The position numbers and the translations under genes are program-made. A DNA stretch of 64,000 nucleotides, from the NCBI RefSeq assembly GCF_054482525.1, contig NZ_CM137006.1; one strand, written 5' to 3'. How positions within the stretch are numbered: the first letter of the stretch is position 1; each line of letters starts with the position of its first letter. Below the pieces are notes generated by a model. The model made no database searches. It was not told the origin of the DNA and saw nothing but the letters and a program-made list of their open reading frames with translations. Positions 45,437 to 63,962 of the stretch are shown in pieces.

Positions 45437-46009
45437 TTAATATTGCGTAGGAGCTGGAACTGCCGAAGACGGATTCACCTGGGTTGGTGAAGTTGAAGGT
45501 ACGGTAGTCGTTGCGCCACCGCTGGCCTGAACCGGCACGGCGGTTTGCTGTACCGGCACCAATGTCAGGTCGGCTTTCATTCCGCCCTGGTTGATCACCG
45601 GCTGAACGGTATCGGTAATAAATACCAGTTTGTCATTCACGGTAATCGCCGCACTCAACAGAATACGCGCATTCGGCTGAACATCTGCCGGGTTAAATGG
45701 CAGAACAAAGCTGAATGGTGACTGTTTGCCTTCGGTACGCACCGCTTTCTGCGCCAGTACTTTTGACGGTGCATCGGCTAACGACGCGTCAGAAAGTGTC
45801 ACGGTCAGCACAGCATCAGGCGGCAGTGCGACTTTCTGACGGATCCAGACGGTACCGGAGACATTCGGTTGCTGGATAGCAGGTTGTTGTGTTGCTGAAA
45901 TAGACGTATTTGCAGCCGGTGCTGGCGTCTGAATATCCGCGCTTTTATCTGCGCAAGCCGCCAACGCAATCGCAACCGCTAAACCACTGGCCATGTGCAC
46001 GAGTTTCAT
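45437..46009 (-). CDS. ybaY: Outer-membrane lipoprotein YbaY
   Basis: 190-aa ORF with lipobox (LAACA). Confidence 0.9.
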   Translation of the reverse strand: MKLVHMASGLAVAIALAACADKSADIQTPAPAANTSISATQQPAIQQPNVSGTVWIRQKVALPPDAVLTVTLSDASLADAPSKVLAQKAVRTEGKQSPFSFVLPFNPADVQPNARILLSAAITVNDKLVFITDTVQPVINQGGMKADLTLVPVQQTAVPVQASGGATTTVPSTSPTQVNPSSAVPAPTQY

Positions 46010-46226
46010 TCACTTCTCCTTATTATCAATGCACCAGCGGGCTAACTTTCCTCGCCGGAAGAGTGGTTAACAAAATAGTAACGTCAACAAGTGTGGCACA
46101 CATCACGCATTTCTGCCTGTAATTAGCCCGTAATTCAGACCATTGCACCCATCGGACCAGTGGCAAATTTGCGTTATACTCAACTCACTTTGGCTTGCTG
46201 CGGCAGCTTTGTTACTGGAGAGTTAT

Positions 46227-47087
46227 ATGAGTCAGGCGCTAAAAAATTTACTGACATTGTTAAATCTGGAAAAAATTGAGGAAGGACTCTTTCGCGGCCA
46301 GAGTGAAGATTTAGGTTTACGCCAGGTGTTTGGCGGCCAGGTCGTGGGTCAGGCCTTGTATGCTGCAAAAGAGACCGTCCCTGAAGAGCGGCTGGTACAT
46401 TCGTTTCATAGCTACTTTCTTCGCCCTGGCGATAGTAAGAAGCCGATTATTTATGATGTCGAAACGCTGCGTGACGGTAACAGCTTCAGCGCCCGCCGGG
46501 TTGCTGCTATTCAAAACGGCAAACCGATTTTTTATATGACTGCCTCTTTCCAGGCACCAGAAGCGGGTTTCGAACATCAAAAAACAATGCCGTCCGCGCC
46601 AGCGCCTGATGGCCTGCCTTCGGAAACGCAAATCGCCCAATCGCTGGCGCACCTGCTGCCGCCAGTGCTGAAAGATAAATTCATCTGCGATCGTCCGCTT
46701 GAAGTCCGTCCGGTGGAGTTTCATAACCCACTGAAAGGGCACGTCGCAGAACCGCATCGTCAGGTGTGGATCCGCGCAAATGGTAGCGTGCCGGATGATC
46801 TGCGCGTTCATCAGTATCTGCTCGGTTACGCTTCTGATCTTAACTTCCTGCCGGTAGCTCTACAGCCGCACGGCATCGGTTTTCTCGAACCAGGAATTCA
46901 GATAGCGACCATCGACCATTCCATGTGGTTCCATCGCCCGTTTAATTTGAATGAATGGCTGCTGTATAGCGTGGAGAGCACCTCGGCGTCCAGCGCTCGC
47001 GGCTTTGTGCGCGGTGAGTTTTATACCCAGAATGGCGTGCTGGTTGCCTCGACCGTTCAGGAAGGGGTAATGCGTAATCATAATTAA
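46227..47087 (+). CDS. tesB: Acyl-CoA thioesterase II
   Basis: 286-aa product from [44 protein letters not shown]...; the ORF-track entry starts 28 codons upstream. Confidence 0.95.
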   Translation: MSQALKNLLTLLNLEKIEEGLFRGQSEDLGLRQVFGGQVVGQALYAAKETVPEERLVHSFHSYFLRPGDSKKPIIYDVETLRDGNSFSARRVAAIQNGKPIFYMTASFQAPEAGFEHQKTMPSAPAPDGLPSETQIAQSLAHLLPPVLKDKFICDRPLEVRPVEFHNPLKGHVAEPHRQVWIRANGSVPDDLRVHQYLLGYASDLNFLPVALQPHGIGFLEPGIQIATIDHSMWFHRPFNLNEWLLYSVESTSASSARGFVRGEFYTQNGVLVASTVQEGVMRNHN

Positions 47088-47093
47088 AAAAAT

Positions 47094-47125
47094 AGCCGGA
47101 GGTGAAAACCGTCCGGCTGTTTTTT
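47094..47125. terminator. Bidirectional terminator between convergent tesB and amtB
   Basis: AGCCGGA-N11-TCCGGCT stem-loop flanked by A-run upstream and T-run downstream. Confidence 0.8.
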
Positions 47126-47135
47126 GCAGTGCTTG

Positions 47136-48422
47136 TTACGCGTTATAGGCATTCTCGCCGTGGCTGTTGACGTCCAGCCCTTCTCGCTCCTGTTCTTCAG
47201 GCACACGCAGACCAACCGTCAGATCCGCCAGTTTGTAGCCAATAAACGCCACCACACCGGACCAGACAATCGTAATGGCAATGCTTTCCAGCTGTACCAG
47301 CAACTGATGGCCCATCGTCACACCTTCAGCGAAGCCCACGCCGCCCAGCGAGCTGGCGGCAAAAATCCCGGTCATGATACAGCCGACAATGCCACAAACG
47401 CCGTGCACACCAAAGACATCGCAGGGATCATCCACCCGCAGCAAGCGTTTGAGCATGGTAACGCCCCACAAGCCCGCTAGACCCGCTACCACGCCGATAA
47501 TCAACGCGCCGCCAACACCAATGTAGCCACAGGCTGGCGTCACGCCGACCAGACCGGCAATCGCGCCAGAACACGCTCCCAGCAGTGAAGGCTTACCACG
47601 CAGCGCCCATTCACCGAAGATCCAGCCAAGAATCGCCGCCGCCGTTGCGACCACAGTATTCACAAATGCCAGTGCTGCGATTTCATTCGCCGTGCCCGCT
47701 GACCCGGCGTTAAAGCCAAACCAACCGATATAGAGAATGGCAGTCCCGGTGAAGACCATCGGCAGGTTGTGCGGTTTAAACGCCTCTTTGCCGAAGCCCA
47801 CGCGTTTGCCTATCAGATACGCGCCCACCAGACCGGCGATTGCGGCGTTAATGTGCACCACCGTGCCACCCGCGAAATCCAGCGCACCGTGAGAAGCCAG
47901 CAAACCACCGCCCCACACCATATGCGCAATCGGAATGTAGGAGAGCGTCAGCCATACCACCACGAAAATCAACACAGCTGAGAAGCGGATTCGTTCCGCC
48001 AGCGCCCCAACTATCAAGCCTACGGTAATGCAGGCAAACGATCCCTGAAACGCTACGTGAATATACTGATAAATGCTGCCCATCACCGCCGTCAGTTCGA
48101 TGTTTTTCAGCATCAGCCAGTTAATGTTGCCGAAGAAGTTGTTGCCCTCACCAAACGCCAGCGAGTAACCGTAAACCACCCAGAGAATACAGACCAGTGC
48201 AAACGTCACCGTCACCTGCGTCAGCATCGACAGCACGTTTTTGCCGCGAATCAACCCACCGTAAAACAGGGCAATCCCCGGAATAGTCATAAACAGCACC
48301 AGCGCAGTACAGATCATCATAAACGCATTGTCGGCTTTATCGGCCACCGCAGGTGCAGCCATTACCAGTCCCGGCAGCATCGCCAGTGAAGCAAGCCCAG
48401 TTTTTATCGTCGCTATCTTCAT
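47136..48422 (-). CDS. amtB: Ammonium transporter AmtB
   Basis: 428-aa ORF with signal peptide and Amt/MEP/Rh family membrane core. Confidence 0.96.
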   Translation of the reverse strand: MKIATIKTGLASLAMLPGLVMAAPAVADKADNAFMMICTALVLFMTIPGIALFYGGLIRGKNVLSMLTQVTVTFALVCILWVVYGYSLAFGEGNNFFGNINWLMLKNIELTAVMGSIYQYIHVAFQGSFACITVGLIVGALAERIRFSAVLIFVVVWLTLSYIPIAHMVWGGGLLASHGALDFAGGTVVHINAAIAGLVGAYLIGKRVGFGKEAFKPHNLPMVFTGTAILYIGWFGFNAGSAGTANEIAALAFVNTVVATAAAILGWIFGEWALRGKPSLLGACSGAIAGLVGVTPACGYIGVGGALIIGVVAGLAGLWGVTMLKRLLRVDDPCDVFGVHGVCGIVGCIMTGIFAASSLGGVGFAEGVTMGHQLLVQLESIAITIVWSGVVAFIGYKLADLTVGLRVPEEQEREGLDVNSHGENAYNA

Positions 48423-48451
48423 TTTTCGTTCCTGTTGCTGTGTGCCAGAGA

Positions 48452-48790
48452 TTACAGCGCCGCTTCGTCGGCTTCGCCGGTACGAATACGAATGACGCGT
48501 TGCAATTCAGCGACAAAGATTTTGCCGTCGCCAATTTTTCCGGTGTAAGCCGCCTTACTGACGATATCGATCACTTCATCGAGTTGGTCATCAGCAATCG
48601 CCACATCAATTTTTACTTTTGGCAGAAAGTTGACGCTGTATTCCGCTCCCCGGTACAGCTCGGCATGCCCTTTCTGACGCCCGAAACCTTTCACTTCGGT
48701 GACGGTCAGGCCCTGAATACCAATGGAAGATAACGCTTCACGAACGTCTTCCAGCTTGAATGGTTTGATTATCACGGTCACCAGCTTCAT
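48452..48790 (-). CDS. glnK: Nitrogen regulatory protein PII-2 GlnK
   Basis: 112-aa product MKLVTVIIKPFKLEDVREALSSIGIQGLTVTEVKGFGRQKGH... (Tyr51 uridylylation loop); the ORF-track entry is extended upstream. Confidence 0.96.
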   Translation of the reverse strand: MKLVTVIIKPFKLEDVREALSSIGIQGLTVTEVKGFGRQKGHAELYRGAEYSVNFLPKVKIDVAIADDQLDEVIDIVSKAAYTGKIGDGKIFVAELQRVIRIRTGEADEAAL

Positions 48791-48849
48791 AGATCCCCTC
48801 CGGTCAGAATTCGGTAATGGTTCTGCTACACGAAGAAGGTATTGCAAGC

Positions 48850-48869
48850 GGTGTGCCAGAAATGAAAAA
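48850..48869 (-). promoter_or_regulatory. Sigma-54 (-24/-12) promoter of glnK-amtB
   Basis: Minus strand reads CTGGCACACCGCTTGCAATA (GG-N10-GC) about 60-80 bp upstream of glnK. Confidence 0.85.
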
Positions 48870-48970
48870 CGAGAAGGAGAGCAGGAAGTTAAGAAGATTG
48901 AAAACAAAAACGCACTATGACAGTGCACAGTGCGTTACATTTTTGCACCAACGATGAAATATTGCGCTAT

Positions 48971-52517
<3,547 letters not shown>

Positions 52518-52546
52518 GCGTTGTGTCCTGACCTGATTCTGGATAT

Positions 52547-53005
52547 TTATTCGATGGGTAAAGAAGTGGTGTATTTAATCTGTTCCATCGCGAAGCTGGA
52601 AGTGACGTCCGACAGCCCCGGCACGCTGTTTACCAGACGCTTATAAAACTCGTCGTAGCGTTTCATGTCGGCAACCTGGACGCGCATCAGATAATCGTAT
52701 TCACCGGCCATGCGCCAGAACCCCAGCACTTCTGGCATTTCGGTAACCACCGTGACAAAGCGGCAATACCATTCGCTGCTGTGATGTTGCGTTTTTATCA
52801 GCACAAAGGCAGTCAGGCCGAGGCCTATTTTTTCCGGATCCAGCAGGGCGACTTTGCCGATAAGAATACCGTCGTCCTCCAGCCGTTTCAGACGCTTCCA
52901 GCAGGGGGTAGTTGTCAGATTAACGGCTTCAGCCAGTGCCTGCAAAGAGAGGGTGCAATCCTGCTGTAGTAAGGCCAGCAGCTTACGGTCAATTTTATCT
53001 AACAT
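52547..53005 (-). CDS. decR: Lrp/AsnC-family transcriptional regulator DecR (YbaO)
   Basis: 152-aa product from [48 protein letters not shown]...; the ORF-track entry extends 76 codons upstream. Confidence 0.9.
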
Positions 53006-53157
53006 AGCCCTTCCACGGAGAATTTTTTTCTCTTTTAATTCTATTTTAAAGGTGAAATCGCGACAATTTATTCTGTGCGGTTTAAACACCACGGCACAAA
53101 ATGACAAATTCAACGCAAAAAAAACCGGGCAATTGCCCGGTGCTGGAAGGGATCTCG

Positions 53158-53976
53158 TTATTCGGGGGAATAAGGTAGATGTGGATAGTCCAGCCAGTGC
53201 GTCAAATAGTGAGAGACAGCCTGATTTCGGCAATGTCCAATCACCGGTAAATGCGGGAGCTCCGCGCGCAATTGCGGCATCGCATTGCCCATAATAAATC
53301 CGCTACCGACGCTGCCTAACATTTCGCGATCGTTCATCGCATCACCAAAGGCCATGCAATCGCGCAACGATAAACCTAAATGTTGGGTCAGCACCGTCAA
53401 TGCAGCGCCTTTATTGCAGCCCACCGGCAGCACTTCGAGGCAATCCGTGGCGGAAAAACACAAATGTGCACGCTCGCCTAATGCTTCGTATAGCTGGATC
53501 TGCAAGCGTGTAAGATCGTCGTGATCGCCACAGAAGCAGATCTTGGTGACGCTGCCGAGTGGCATTTTTTTGACATCGATTATCTGATAACGAAAACCGC
53601 TATAGACAAATGCCTGCAACAACGCAGGGATCTCTTTCCCGGTAAACCAACCGTCGTCATTGAAGATATGCATGCTGGCTCGGGTATCCCATTGCTGATA
53701 CAGCACCAGCTCCGCGACATCCGCAGGTAAATCATCACGATGTAAAAGTTCACCTTCCAGAGAATGCACGCGCGTTCCGTTGCCGGTAATCAAATATGCA
53801 TCCAGCGATAGCGCCCCGAGAATATGCTGCATCTCCAGCGCATGACGCCCCGTGGCAAAAGTGAGGGTAATGTCGCGTTCACGCAGTCGCGCCAAAGTAG
53901 AGAGGGTTTTCTCACCTAAATGATGGTCAGGCATCAATAAAGTGCCATCCATATCAAATGCTGCCAGACGAGCCAT
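53158..53976 (-). CDS. cof: HAD-family phosphatase Cof (HMP-PP phosphatase)
   Basis: 272-aa product [14 protein letters not shown]... (HAD motif I DMDGT). Confidence 0.93.
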
Positions 53977-54075
53977 TTCTTTCTCCACTCTGTGACACGG
54001 TTAATGGTGATTGAGTATCACCTGATATATACGGAAGTAATAGTGAATAGTTAAATAATATTGTTCCGGGTTTAT

Positions 54076-55776
54076 ATGCGACTGCTCAACCGTCTTAACC
54101 AGTATCAACGTCTGTGGCAACCTTCCGCCGGAAAGCCGCAAACCGTCACCGTCAGCGAACTGGCCGAACGCTGTTTTTGCAGCGAACGCCATGTTCGTAC
54201 GCTGTTACGCCAGGCACAGGAGGCGGGATGGCTGGAGTGGCAGGCGCAGTCAGGACGCGGAAAGCGCGGGCAACTACGCTTTCTGGTCACGCCAGAATCG
54301 CTACGCAATACGATGATGGAACAGGCGCTGGAAACCGGAAAGCAGCAAGATGTGCTGGAGCTGGCGCAACTGGCCCCAGGTGAGCTGCGCACTCTGTTAC
54401 AGCCGTTTATGGGCGGACAATGGCAAAACGATACACCCACGTTGCGTATTCCATACTATCGCCCGCTCGAACCGCTACAACCGGGCTTTTTGCCCGGCCG
54501 TGCCGAGCAGCATCTCGCCGGACAGATATTTTCCGGCCTGACCCGCTTCGATAATAATACCCAGCGCCCGATTGGCGATTTAGCGCATCACTGGGAAACC
54601 TCTGCTGACGGGTTACGCTGGGACTTTTATCTTCGTTCAACCCTACACTGGCATAACGGCGATGCAGTAAAAGCCTCACACTTACACCAGCGATTATTGA
54701 TGCTGTTACAACTGCCAGCACTGGATCAATTATTTATTAGCGTGAAGCGTATTGAAGTCACCCATCCGCAGTGTCTGACCTTCTTTTTGCATCGCCCTGA
54801 TTACTGGCTTGCGCACCGGCTGGCGAGCTATTGCAGCCATCTGGCGCATCCGCAATTCCCACTGATCGGCACGGGTCCTTTTCGCTTAACACAATTCACA
54901 GCGGAGCTGGTGCGCCTGGAAAGCCATGATTATTACCATTTACGTCATCCGCTGCTTAAAGCGGTTGAGTACTGGATAACTCCGCCGCTTTTCGAAAAAG
55001 ATTTGGGAACCAGTTGTCGGCATCCCGTGCAAATCACCATCGGCAAACCGGAGGAGCTGCAACGGGTCAGCCAGGTCAGTAGTGGCATCAGTTTAGGTTT
55101 TTGCTATTTAACGTTGCGCAAAAGTCCCCGACTGTCCCTCTGGCAGGCGCGAAAAGTGATCTCCATTATTCATCAATCCGGTTTATTACAAACGTTAGAA
55201 GTCGGAGAAAACCTGATCACCGCCAGTCATGCATTACTGCCAGGCTGGACTATTCCGCAATGGCAAGTACCGGATGAGGTCAAACTACCGAAAACCTTGA
55301 CGCTGGTTTATCACCTACCGATAGAACTTCATACCATGGCAGAACGTCTACAGGCGACACTGGCAGCGGAAGGCTGTGAACTCACAATTATTTTTCATAA
55401 CGCAAAAAACTGGGACGACACGACCCTACTGGCACACGCAGACCTCATGATGGGCGACAGATTAATTGGCGAAGCACCGGAATATACCCTGGAGCAATGG
55501 CTGCGTTGCGATCCACTATGGCCACATGTTTTCGACGCTCCAGCATACGCACATCTACAATCGACACTGGATGCCGTGCAAATAATGCCTGATGAAGAAA
55601 ACCGATTTAATGCCCTGAAAGCGGTTTTTAGCCAGTTAATGACAGATGCGACGCTGACGCCGCTGTTCAACTATCACTATCGCATTAGTGCCCCTCCCGG
55701 CGTGAACGGTGTGCGACTGACACCGCGCGGCTGGTTTGAATTTACCGAAGCCTGGCTTCCCGCGCCGTCGCAATGA
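54076..55776 (+). CDS. ybaE: Solute-binding-protein-like protein YbaE
   Basis: ~566-aa ORF divergent from cof, conserved position before queC; start chosen at MRLLNRLNQYQRLWQ. Confidence 0.85.
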   Translation: MRLLNRLNQYQRLWQPSAGKPQTVTVSELAERCFCSERHVRTLLRQAQEAGWLEWQAQSGRGKRGQLRFLVTPESLRNTMMEQALETGKQQDVLELAQLAPGELRTLLQPFMGGQWQNDTPTLRIPYYRPLEPLQPGFLPGRAEQHLAGQIFSGLTRFDNNTQRPIGDLAHHWETSADGLRWDFYLRSTLHWHNGDAVKASHLHQRLLMLLQLPALDQLFISVKRIEVTHPQCLTFFLHRPDYWLAHRLASYCSHLAHPQFPLIGTGPFRLTQFTAELVRLESHDYYHLRHPLLKAVEYWITPPLFEKDLGTSCRHPVQITIGKPEELQRVSQVSSGISLGFCYLTLRKSPRLSLWQARKVISIIHQSGLLQTLEVGENLITASHALLPGWTIPQWQVPDEVKLPKTLTLVYHLPIELHTMAERLQATLAAEGCELTIIFHNAKNWDDTTLLAHADLMMGDRLIGEAPEYTLEQWLRCDPLWPHVFDAPAYAHLQSTLDAVQIMPDEENRFNALKAVFSQLMTDATLTPLFNYHYRISAPPGVNGVRLTPRGWFEFTEAWLPAPSQ

Positions 55777-55840
55777 ATAGCTGGTCCGGGTTAATCGCAG
55801 GCGTTACCATAACGCTTTTATTGTTCAAGCAGGATTATCT

Positions 55841-56536
55841 ATGAAACGTGCTGTCGTTGTGTTCAGTGGAGGCCAGGATTCCACCACCTGTCTGGTGCAG
55901 GCATTACAACAATATGATGAAGTCCATTGCGTAACGTTCGATTACGGTCAGCGGCATCGCGCAGAGATCGACGTGGCACGCGAGCTGGCCCTGAAACTGG
56001 GCGCTCGTGCACATAAAGTGCTGGATGTGACACTGCTCAACGAACTGGCGGTCAGTAGCCTGACGCGTGACAGCATTCCGGTGCCTGATTATGAACCTGA
56101 AGCCGATGGCATCCCGAATACGTTTGTCCCAGGGCGTAATATTTTGTTCCTGACACTGACGGCGATATATGCGTATCAGGTAAAAGCAGAAGCCGTCATT
56201 ACCGGCGTCTGCGAAACGGATTTCTCCGGCTACCCGGATTGTCGTGATGAGTTTGTGAAAGCACTGAACCATGCCGTCAGTCTGGGTATGGCGAAAGATA
56301 TTCGTTTTGAAACGCCGCTGATGTGGATTGATAAAGCGGAAACCTGGGCGCTGGCTGATTATTACGGCAAACTGGATTTAGTGCGTAACGAAACGCTGAC
56401 CTGTTATAACGGCATTAAAGGTGACGGTTGCGGTCATTGCGCAGCATGTAATTTACGCGCCAATGGTTTGAATCATTATCTGGCCGATAAACCGACGGTG
56501 ATGGCAGCGATGAAGCAGAAAACCGGGTTGAGGTAA
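55841..56536 (+). CDS. queC: 7-cyano-7-deazaguanine synthase
   Basis: 231-aa ORF with PP-loop SGGQDS and C-terminal Zn-binding cysteines (CGHCAAC). Confidence 0.95.
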   Translation: MKRAVVVFSGGQDSTTCLVQALQQYDEVHCVTFDYGQRHRAEIDVARELALKLGARAHKVLDVTLLNELAVSSLTRDSIPVPDYEPEADGIPNTFVPGRNILFLTLTAIYAYQVKAEAVITGVCETDFSGYPDCRDEFVKALNHAVSLGMAKDIRFETPLMWIDKAETWALADYYGKLDLVRNETLTCYNGIKGDGCGHCAACNLRANGLNHYLADKPTVMAAMKQKTGLR

Positions 56537-56587
56537 TTATTCCGGGTGTCGCCGGATGCGGCTTGAGCATCCGGCACCACAAAACGT

Positions 56588-56986
56588 TTACTTAACCATC
56601 TGCTCCAGCTTTTCGCGCAATTCCCCTTCCAGAGCTAATGCTTTCTGCGTTTTAAGATCAATACAAACAAACGTAATAAGCGCATCCGCTACCACCTGCC
56701 CTTCCGGCTCCAGTGTAATGACCTGGCTTAGGATGCCGCTTTTACCGTTTAATTGCTGCAACTGACTGGTAATGGTTAACAGGTCGCTTAATACCGCCGG
56801 GCGACGATAGTTAATATTGATATTGACCACCACGAAAGCGATGTTATGGGCCGTCATCCACTGAAAACTGTCGCTATTTTCCAACCCATCCCAGCGGGCT
56901 TCTTCGAGAAACTCAAGGTAGCGAGCGTTGTTAACGTGCTGGTAAACATCGAGATGATATCCACGAACTTTGATTTGTGTTTGCAT
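56588..56986 (-). CDS. fadM: Long-chain acyl-CoA thioesterase III FadM (YbaW)
   Basis: 132-aa hotdog-fold ORF MQTQIKVRGYHLDVYQHVNNARYLEFLEEARW... Confidence 0.92.
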   Translation of the reverse strand: MQTQIKVRGYHLDVYQHVNNARYLEFLEEARWDGLENSDSFQWMTAHNIAFVVVNININYRRPAVLSDLLTITSQLQQLNGKSGILSQVITLEPEGQVVADALITFVCIDLKTQKALALEGELREKLEQMVK

Positions 56987-57049
56987 AGCGCAATAACCTT
57001 ACGTTGTTGTTATAAGTACAGAGGCCATAACTGGTATGACCTCTTTAGC

Positions 57050-59473
<2,424 letters not shown>

Positions 59474-59664
59474 GGTGTAACAACACTCCGCTGTAGATGA
59501 CTGTGTACCTCACGCAACGTATCGATGCGCGCAAAGGCCTATTGTGACAAGAAACGGGGGCAATTGTCAGCCCACAAGACGCAGAAAGTCACCGAATACA
59601 AATAAAAAAGGCACATCAGTAGATGCGCCCTTGAACTTCGTCACATCCCCACTGGGGACAACGC

Positions 59665-59937
59665 TTAGTTTACCGCGTCTTTCAGTGCTTTACCTGCACG
59701 GAAGCTCGGTACTTTAGCGGCAGCGATGGTGATCTCTTTACCGGTCTGCGGGTTGCGGCCAGTACGGGCAGCACGCTCTTTAACGGCAAAAGTACCAAAA
59801 CCTACCAGTGCTACATCATCCCCTTCTTTCAGAGATTCAGTTACGGAAGCAATAATAGCATCTAACGCACGGCCAGCCGCAGCTTTAGAGATATCAGCCC
59901 CTGCAGCAATCTTGTCGATCAATTGAGATTTATTCAC
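59665..59937 (-). CDS. hupB: DNA-binding protein HU-beta
   Basis: 90-aa [53 protein letters not shown]... Confidence 0.97.
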
Positions 59938-60145
59938 TCTTCTCTTCCTCTTTATAATTTATATCGCACTTGAATCCTTCAAGGTACGAACGCGCAGCAG
60001 TTATATCAGGCCAGCCATCCCCTTACAACACCCCTTAATAAGGGCAAGCCCGATCCGCCATCTAACTTAGCGAGACAAAAAAAGGCTGGCAAGCCCGAAT
60101 TAGCCTGCCAGCCCTGTTTTTATTAGTGCATTTTGCGCGAGGTCA

Positions 60146-62500
60146 CTATTTTGCAGTCACAACCTGCATGCCAGACGGTTCATTTTGCAGCGCCAGAGTC
60201 AGAACTTCCTCAATGCGCTTCACAGGATGAATGTCCAGATCGGCAATTACGTTGTCAGGAATCTCTTCCAGATCGCGTTTATTTTCGAACGGAATTAACA
60301 CTGTTTTAATCCCGCCGCGATGCGCTGCCAGTAGTTTTTCTTTCAAACCACCGATCGGCAGTACCTGACCACGCAGAGTGATCTCACCGGTCATTGCCAC
60401 ATCGGCACGAACCGGGTTACCGGTCAGGCAAGAAACCAGCGCGGTGCACATAGCAATACCGGCACTCGGACCATCTTTCGGCGTCGCACCTTCCGGTACG
60501 TGGACGTGGATGTCACGTTTTTCGTAAAAATCAGGGTTGATCCCCAGTTTTTCCGCACGCGCACGAACCACCGTTAACGCCGCCTGAATAGACTCCTGCA
60601 TCACTTCGCCGAGCGAACCGGTATAGGTCAGTTTGCCTTTACCCGGAACACATGCGGTTTCAATGGTCAGCAAGTCACCGCCCACTTCCGTCCACGCCAG
60701 ACCGGTTACCTGACCGACACGGTTTTCGTTATCCGCGCGACCATAGTCGAAACGCTGAACACCGAGATAGTCATGCAGGTTATCGCCGTTAATTTCGATA
60801 TGTTTTAATGACTTATCGAGCAGTAACTGCTTAACCGCTTTGCGACACAGTTTGGAGATTTCACGCTCCAGACCACGCACGCCCGCCTCACGGGTGTAGT
60901 AACGAATAATGCCGATAATGGCACTATCGTCGACGGTCAGCTCACCTTTTTTCAGTGCATTACGTTCAATCTGCTTCGGCAGCAGGTGACGTTTGGCGAT
61001 GTTCAGTTTTTCATCTTCGGTATAACCGGAGAGGCGAATCACTTCCATACGATCCAGCAGCGGTGCCGGAATGTTCATGGAGTTCGACGTCGCGACAAAC
61101 ATCACGTCGCTGAGATCGTAATCCACTTCCAGGTAGTGGTCGCTGAACGCTACGTTCTGCTCTGGATCCAGCACTTCAAGCAGTGCAGAGGCCGGATCGC
61201 CTCGCATGTCAGAAGACATTTTGTCGATCTCATCGAGCAGGAACAGCGGGTTTTTCACGCCCACTTTCGCCATTTTCTGGATCAGTTTACCCGGCATAGA
61301 ACCGATGTAAGTACGGCGGTGACCACGGATTTCCGCTTCATCACGCACGCCGCCCAGCGCCATACGGACATATTTACGCCCGGTGGCTTTGGCAATGGAC
61401 TGACCAAGAGAGGTTTTACCTACCCCCGGCGGCCCTACCAGGCAGAGGATCGGTCCTTTGATTTTGTTGACACGGCTTTGAACCGCAAGATACTCAAGGA
61501 TACGATCTTTCACGCGCTCCAGACCATAATGGTCGGTATCAAGGATTTCCTGCGCCTGACGCAGGTCTTTTTTGACCTTGCTACGCGCATTCCACGGCAC
61601 CTGTACCATCCAGTCGATATAACCACGCACTACGGTCGCTTCTGCCGACATCGGAGACATCATTTTCAGCTTCTGCAACTCTGCTTCCGCTTTCTCTTTT
61701 GCCTCTTTCGGCATTTTCGCCGCGTCGATTTTGCGCTTCAGGGCTTCGTTTTCGTCCGGCGCGTCGTCCATTTCACCGAGTTCTTTCTGAATAGCTTTCA
61801 TTTGCTCGTTCAGATAGTACTCACGCTGGGATTTCTCCATCTGCTTTTTAACGCGGTTGCGAATGCGTTTCTCAACCTGCAGCAGATCGATTTCCGATTC
61901 CATCATTGCCATCAGATATTCCAGACGTTCGTTAACGTCGGACATCTCCAGAACGGACTGTTTGTCAGCCAGTTTCAGCGGCATATGTGCAGCAATGGTA
62001 TCCGCCAGACGCGCCGGGTCGTCGATGCTATTCAGCGACGTCAGCACTTCTGGTGGGATTTTTTTGTTCAGCTTGATGTAGCCTTCGAACTGGCTGATTG
62101 CAGTACGCACCAGCACTTCCTGTTCCCGCTCATCAATGGTCGGCGACTCCAGATACTCCGCCTTCGCAGAAAAGTGTTCGCCATTGTCAGAGAGCGCAGA
62201 AATACGCGCGCGCTGTAACCCCTCGACCAGCACTTTGACGGTGCCGTCAGGCAGTTTCAGCATCTGCAATATAGAGGCCACGGTCCCGACGGTGAAAAGA
62301 TCGTTTACACCCGGCTCATCCGTTGAAGCTTCTTTCTGCGCGACCAGCATAATTTTTTTATCATGGTCCATCGCCGCTTCCAGACAACGGATAGATTTTT
62401 CCCGCCCGACAAATAAGGGGATGACCATGTGCGGATAAACCACCACATCGCGCAGCGGCAATACGGGGATTTCAATGCGTTCAGAACGCTCAGGATTCAT
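60146..62500 (-). CDS. lon: ATP-dependent Lon protease
   Basis: 784-aa product from [36 protein letters not shown]...; Walker [10 protein letters not shown] and catalytic PKDGPSAG motif; the ORF-track entry starts 15 codons upstream. Confidence 0.97.
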   Translation of the reverse strand: MNPERSERIEIPVLPLRDVVVYPHMVIPLFVGREKSIRCLEAAMDHDKKIMLVAQKEASTDEPGVNDLFTVGTVASILQMLKLPDGTVKVLVEGLQRARISALSDNGEHFSAKAEYLESPTIDEREQEVLVRTAISQFEGYIKLNKKIPPEVLTSLNSIDDPARLADTIAAHMPLKLADKQSVLEMSDVNERLEYLMAMMESEIDLLQVEKRIRNRVKKQMEKSQREYYLNEQMKAIQKELGEMDDAPDENEALKRKIDAAKMPKEAKEKAEAELQKLKMMSPMSAEATVVRGYIDWMVQVPWNARSKVKKDLRQAQEILDTDHYGLERVKDRILEYLAVQSRVNKIKGPILCLVGPPGVGKTSLGQSIAKATGRKYVRMALGGVRDEAEIRGHRRTYIGSMPGKLIQKMAKVGVKNPLFLLDEIDKMSSDMRGDPASALLEVLDPEQNVAFSDHYLEVDYDLSDVMFVATSNSMNIPAPLLDRMEVIRLSGYTEDEKLNIAKRHLLPKQIERNALKKGELTVDDSAIIGIIRYYTREAGVRGLEREISKLCRKAVKQLLLDKSLKHIEINGDNLHDYLGVQRFDYGRADNENRVGQVTGLAWTEVGGDLLTIETACVPGKGKLTYTGSLGEVMQESIQAALTVVRARAEKLGINPDFYEKRDIHVHVPEGATPKDGPSAGIAMCTALVSCLTGNPVRADVAMTGEITLRGQVLPIGGLKEKLLAAHRGGIKTVLIPFENKRDLEEIPDNVIADLDIHPVKRIEEVLTLALQNEPSGMQVVTAK

Positions 62501-62583
62501 AGAGCTCTCTCTTAGTTTAATTTCCGCCAGGTAATCAGATGACACGACTGTGCTTCACGCCATCTATTAACATGTACGTCAGT

Positions 62584-62610
62584 ATATGGGGATGTTTCCC
62601 CCACATTCAA
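62584..62610 (-). promoter_or_regulatory. Sigma-32 heat-shock promoter of lon
   Basis: Minus strand reads TTGAATG (-35) ... CCCCATAT (-10). Confidence 0.7.
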
Positions 62611-62687
62611 CGCCGAGAATAGAGGAAAAATTAAAGGGGAGATAAAATCCCCCCTTTTTGGTTAACTAATTGTATGGGAATGGTTAA

Positions 62688-63962
62688 TTATTCACCAGAT
62701 GCCTGTTGCGCTTCCGGCTTGCCATAAATCAGCAACGGCTTGCTTTGACCATCAATTACCGATTCGTCGATAACCACTTTTTCGACGTCTTCCATGGACG
62801 GCAGATCGTACATGGTATCGAGCAGTGCGGCTTCTACGATGGAACGCAGGCCACGGGCACCGGTTTTACGCGCCATCGCTTTCTTAGCGATAGCATCCAG
62901 CGCCTCGTCACGGAATTCCAGATCCACGCCTTCCAGATTAAACAGCGCCTGATACTGCTTGGTCAGGGCGTTTTTCGGCTCTTTGAGGATCTGAATCAGA
63001 GCTTCTTCGCTCAGTTCATTCAACGTTGCGACAACCGGCAGACGACCAATAAACTCAGGGATAAGACCAAACTTGATCAGATCTTCCGGTTCAACCTGCG
63101 CCAGCAGCTCGCCTTCGCTTGCTTTGTCGGACTTCGCTTTTACCGTCGCGCCAAAACCAATGCCGGAGCCGGTTTCTACACGATGGGAAATCACTTTATC
63201 CAGACCGGCAAACGCACCGCCACAAATAAACAGGATCTTAGAGGTATCAACCTGCAAGAATTCCTGCTGCGGATGTTTACGCCCACCTTGCGGTGGAACA
63301 GCAGCTACCGTACCTTCGATCAGTTTCAACAGTGCCTGCTGTACGCCTTCACCGGAAACGTCTCGGGTAATGGACGGGTTGTCTGACTTACGAGAAATCT
63401 TGTCGATTTCATCGATGTAGACAATCCCGCGCTGCGCTTTCTGTACGTCGTAATCGCACTTTTGCAACAGCTTCTGAATGATGTTTTCAACGTCTTCGCC
63501 CACATAACCGGCTTCGGTCAGCGTGGTTGCGTCGGCCATGGTGAACGGGACGTCCAGCAGGCGCGCCAGCGTTTCAGCCAGCAGCGTTTTACCGGAACCG
63601 GTCGGACCGATCAGCAGAATGTTACTTTTGCCCAACTCGACACCATTGCTGGTATCGCCGTTGCGCAGACGTTTGTAATGGTTGTATACCGCGACCGCCA
63701 GCACTTTTTTCGCCTGTTCCTGGCCGATAACGTAATCGTCCAGGTGGTTACGAATTTCATGCGGCGTCGGTAGCGCACTGCGTTCACGATGCGGTGCAAC
63801 TTCTTTAATCTCTTCGCGAATGATGTCGTTACATAAATCAACACATTCGTCGCAGATATACACGGATGGACCGGCAATCAGCTTGCGCACTTCATGCTGG
63901 CTTTTGCCGCAAAAAGAGCAATACAGCAATTTGCCTGAGCCATCTTTGCGTTTATCTGTCAT
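62688..63962 (-). CDS. clpX: ATP-dependent Clp protease ATP-binding subunit ClpX
   Basis: 424-aa ORF with N-terminal zinc-binding domain (CSFCGK...CDEC) and AAA+ motifs (GPTGSGKT). Confidence 0.97.

Noticed and set aside
60986-62218. 410-aa plus-strand ORF
   Set aside because: Antisense to lon; no recognisable motifs.
62706-63386. 226-aa plus-strand ORF
   Set aside because: Antisense to clpX.
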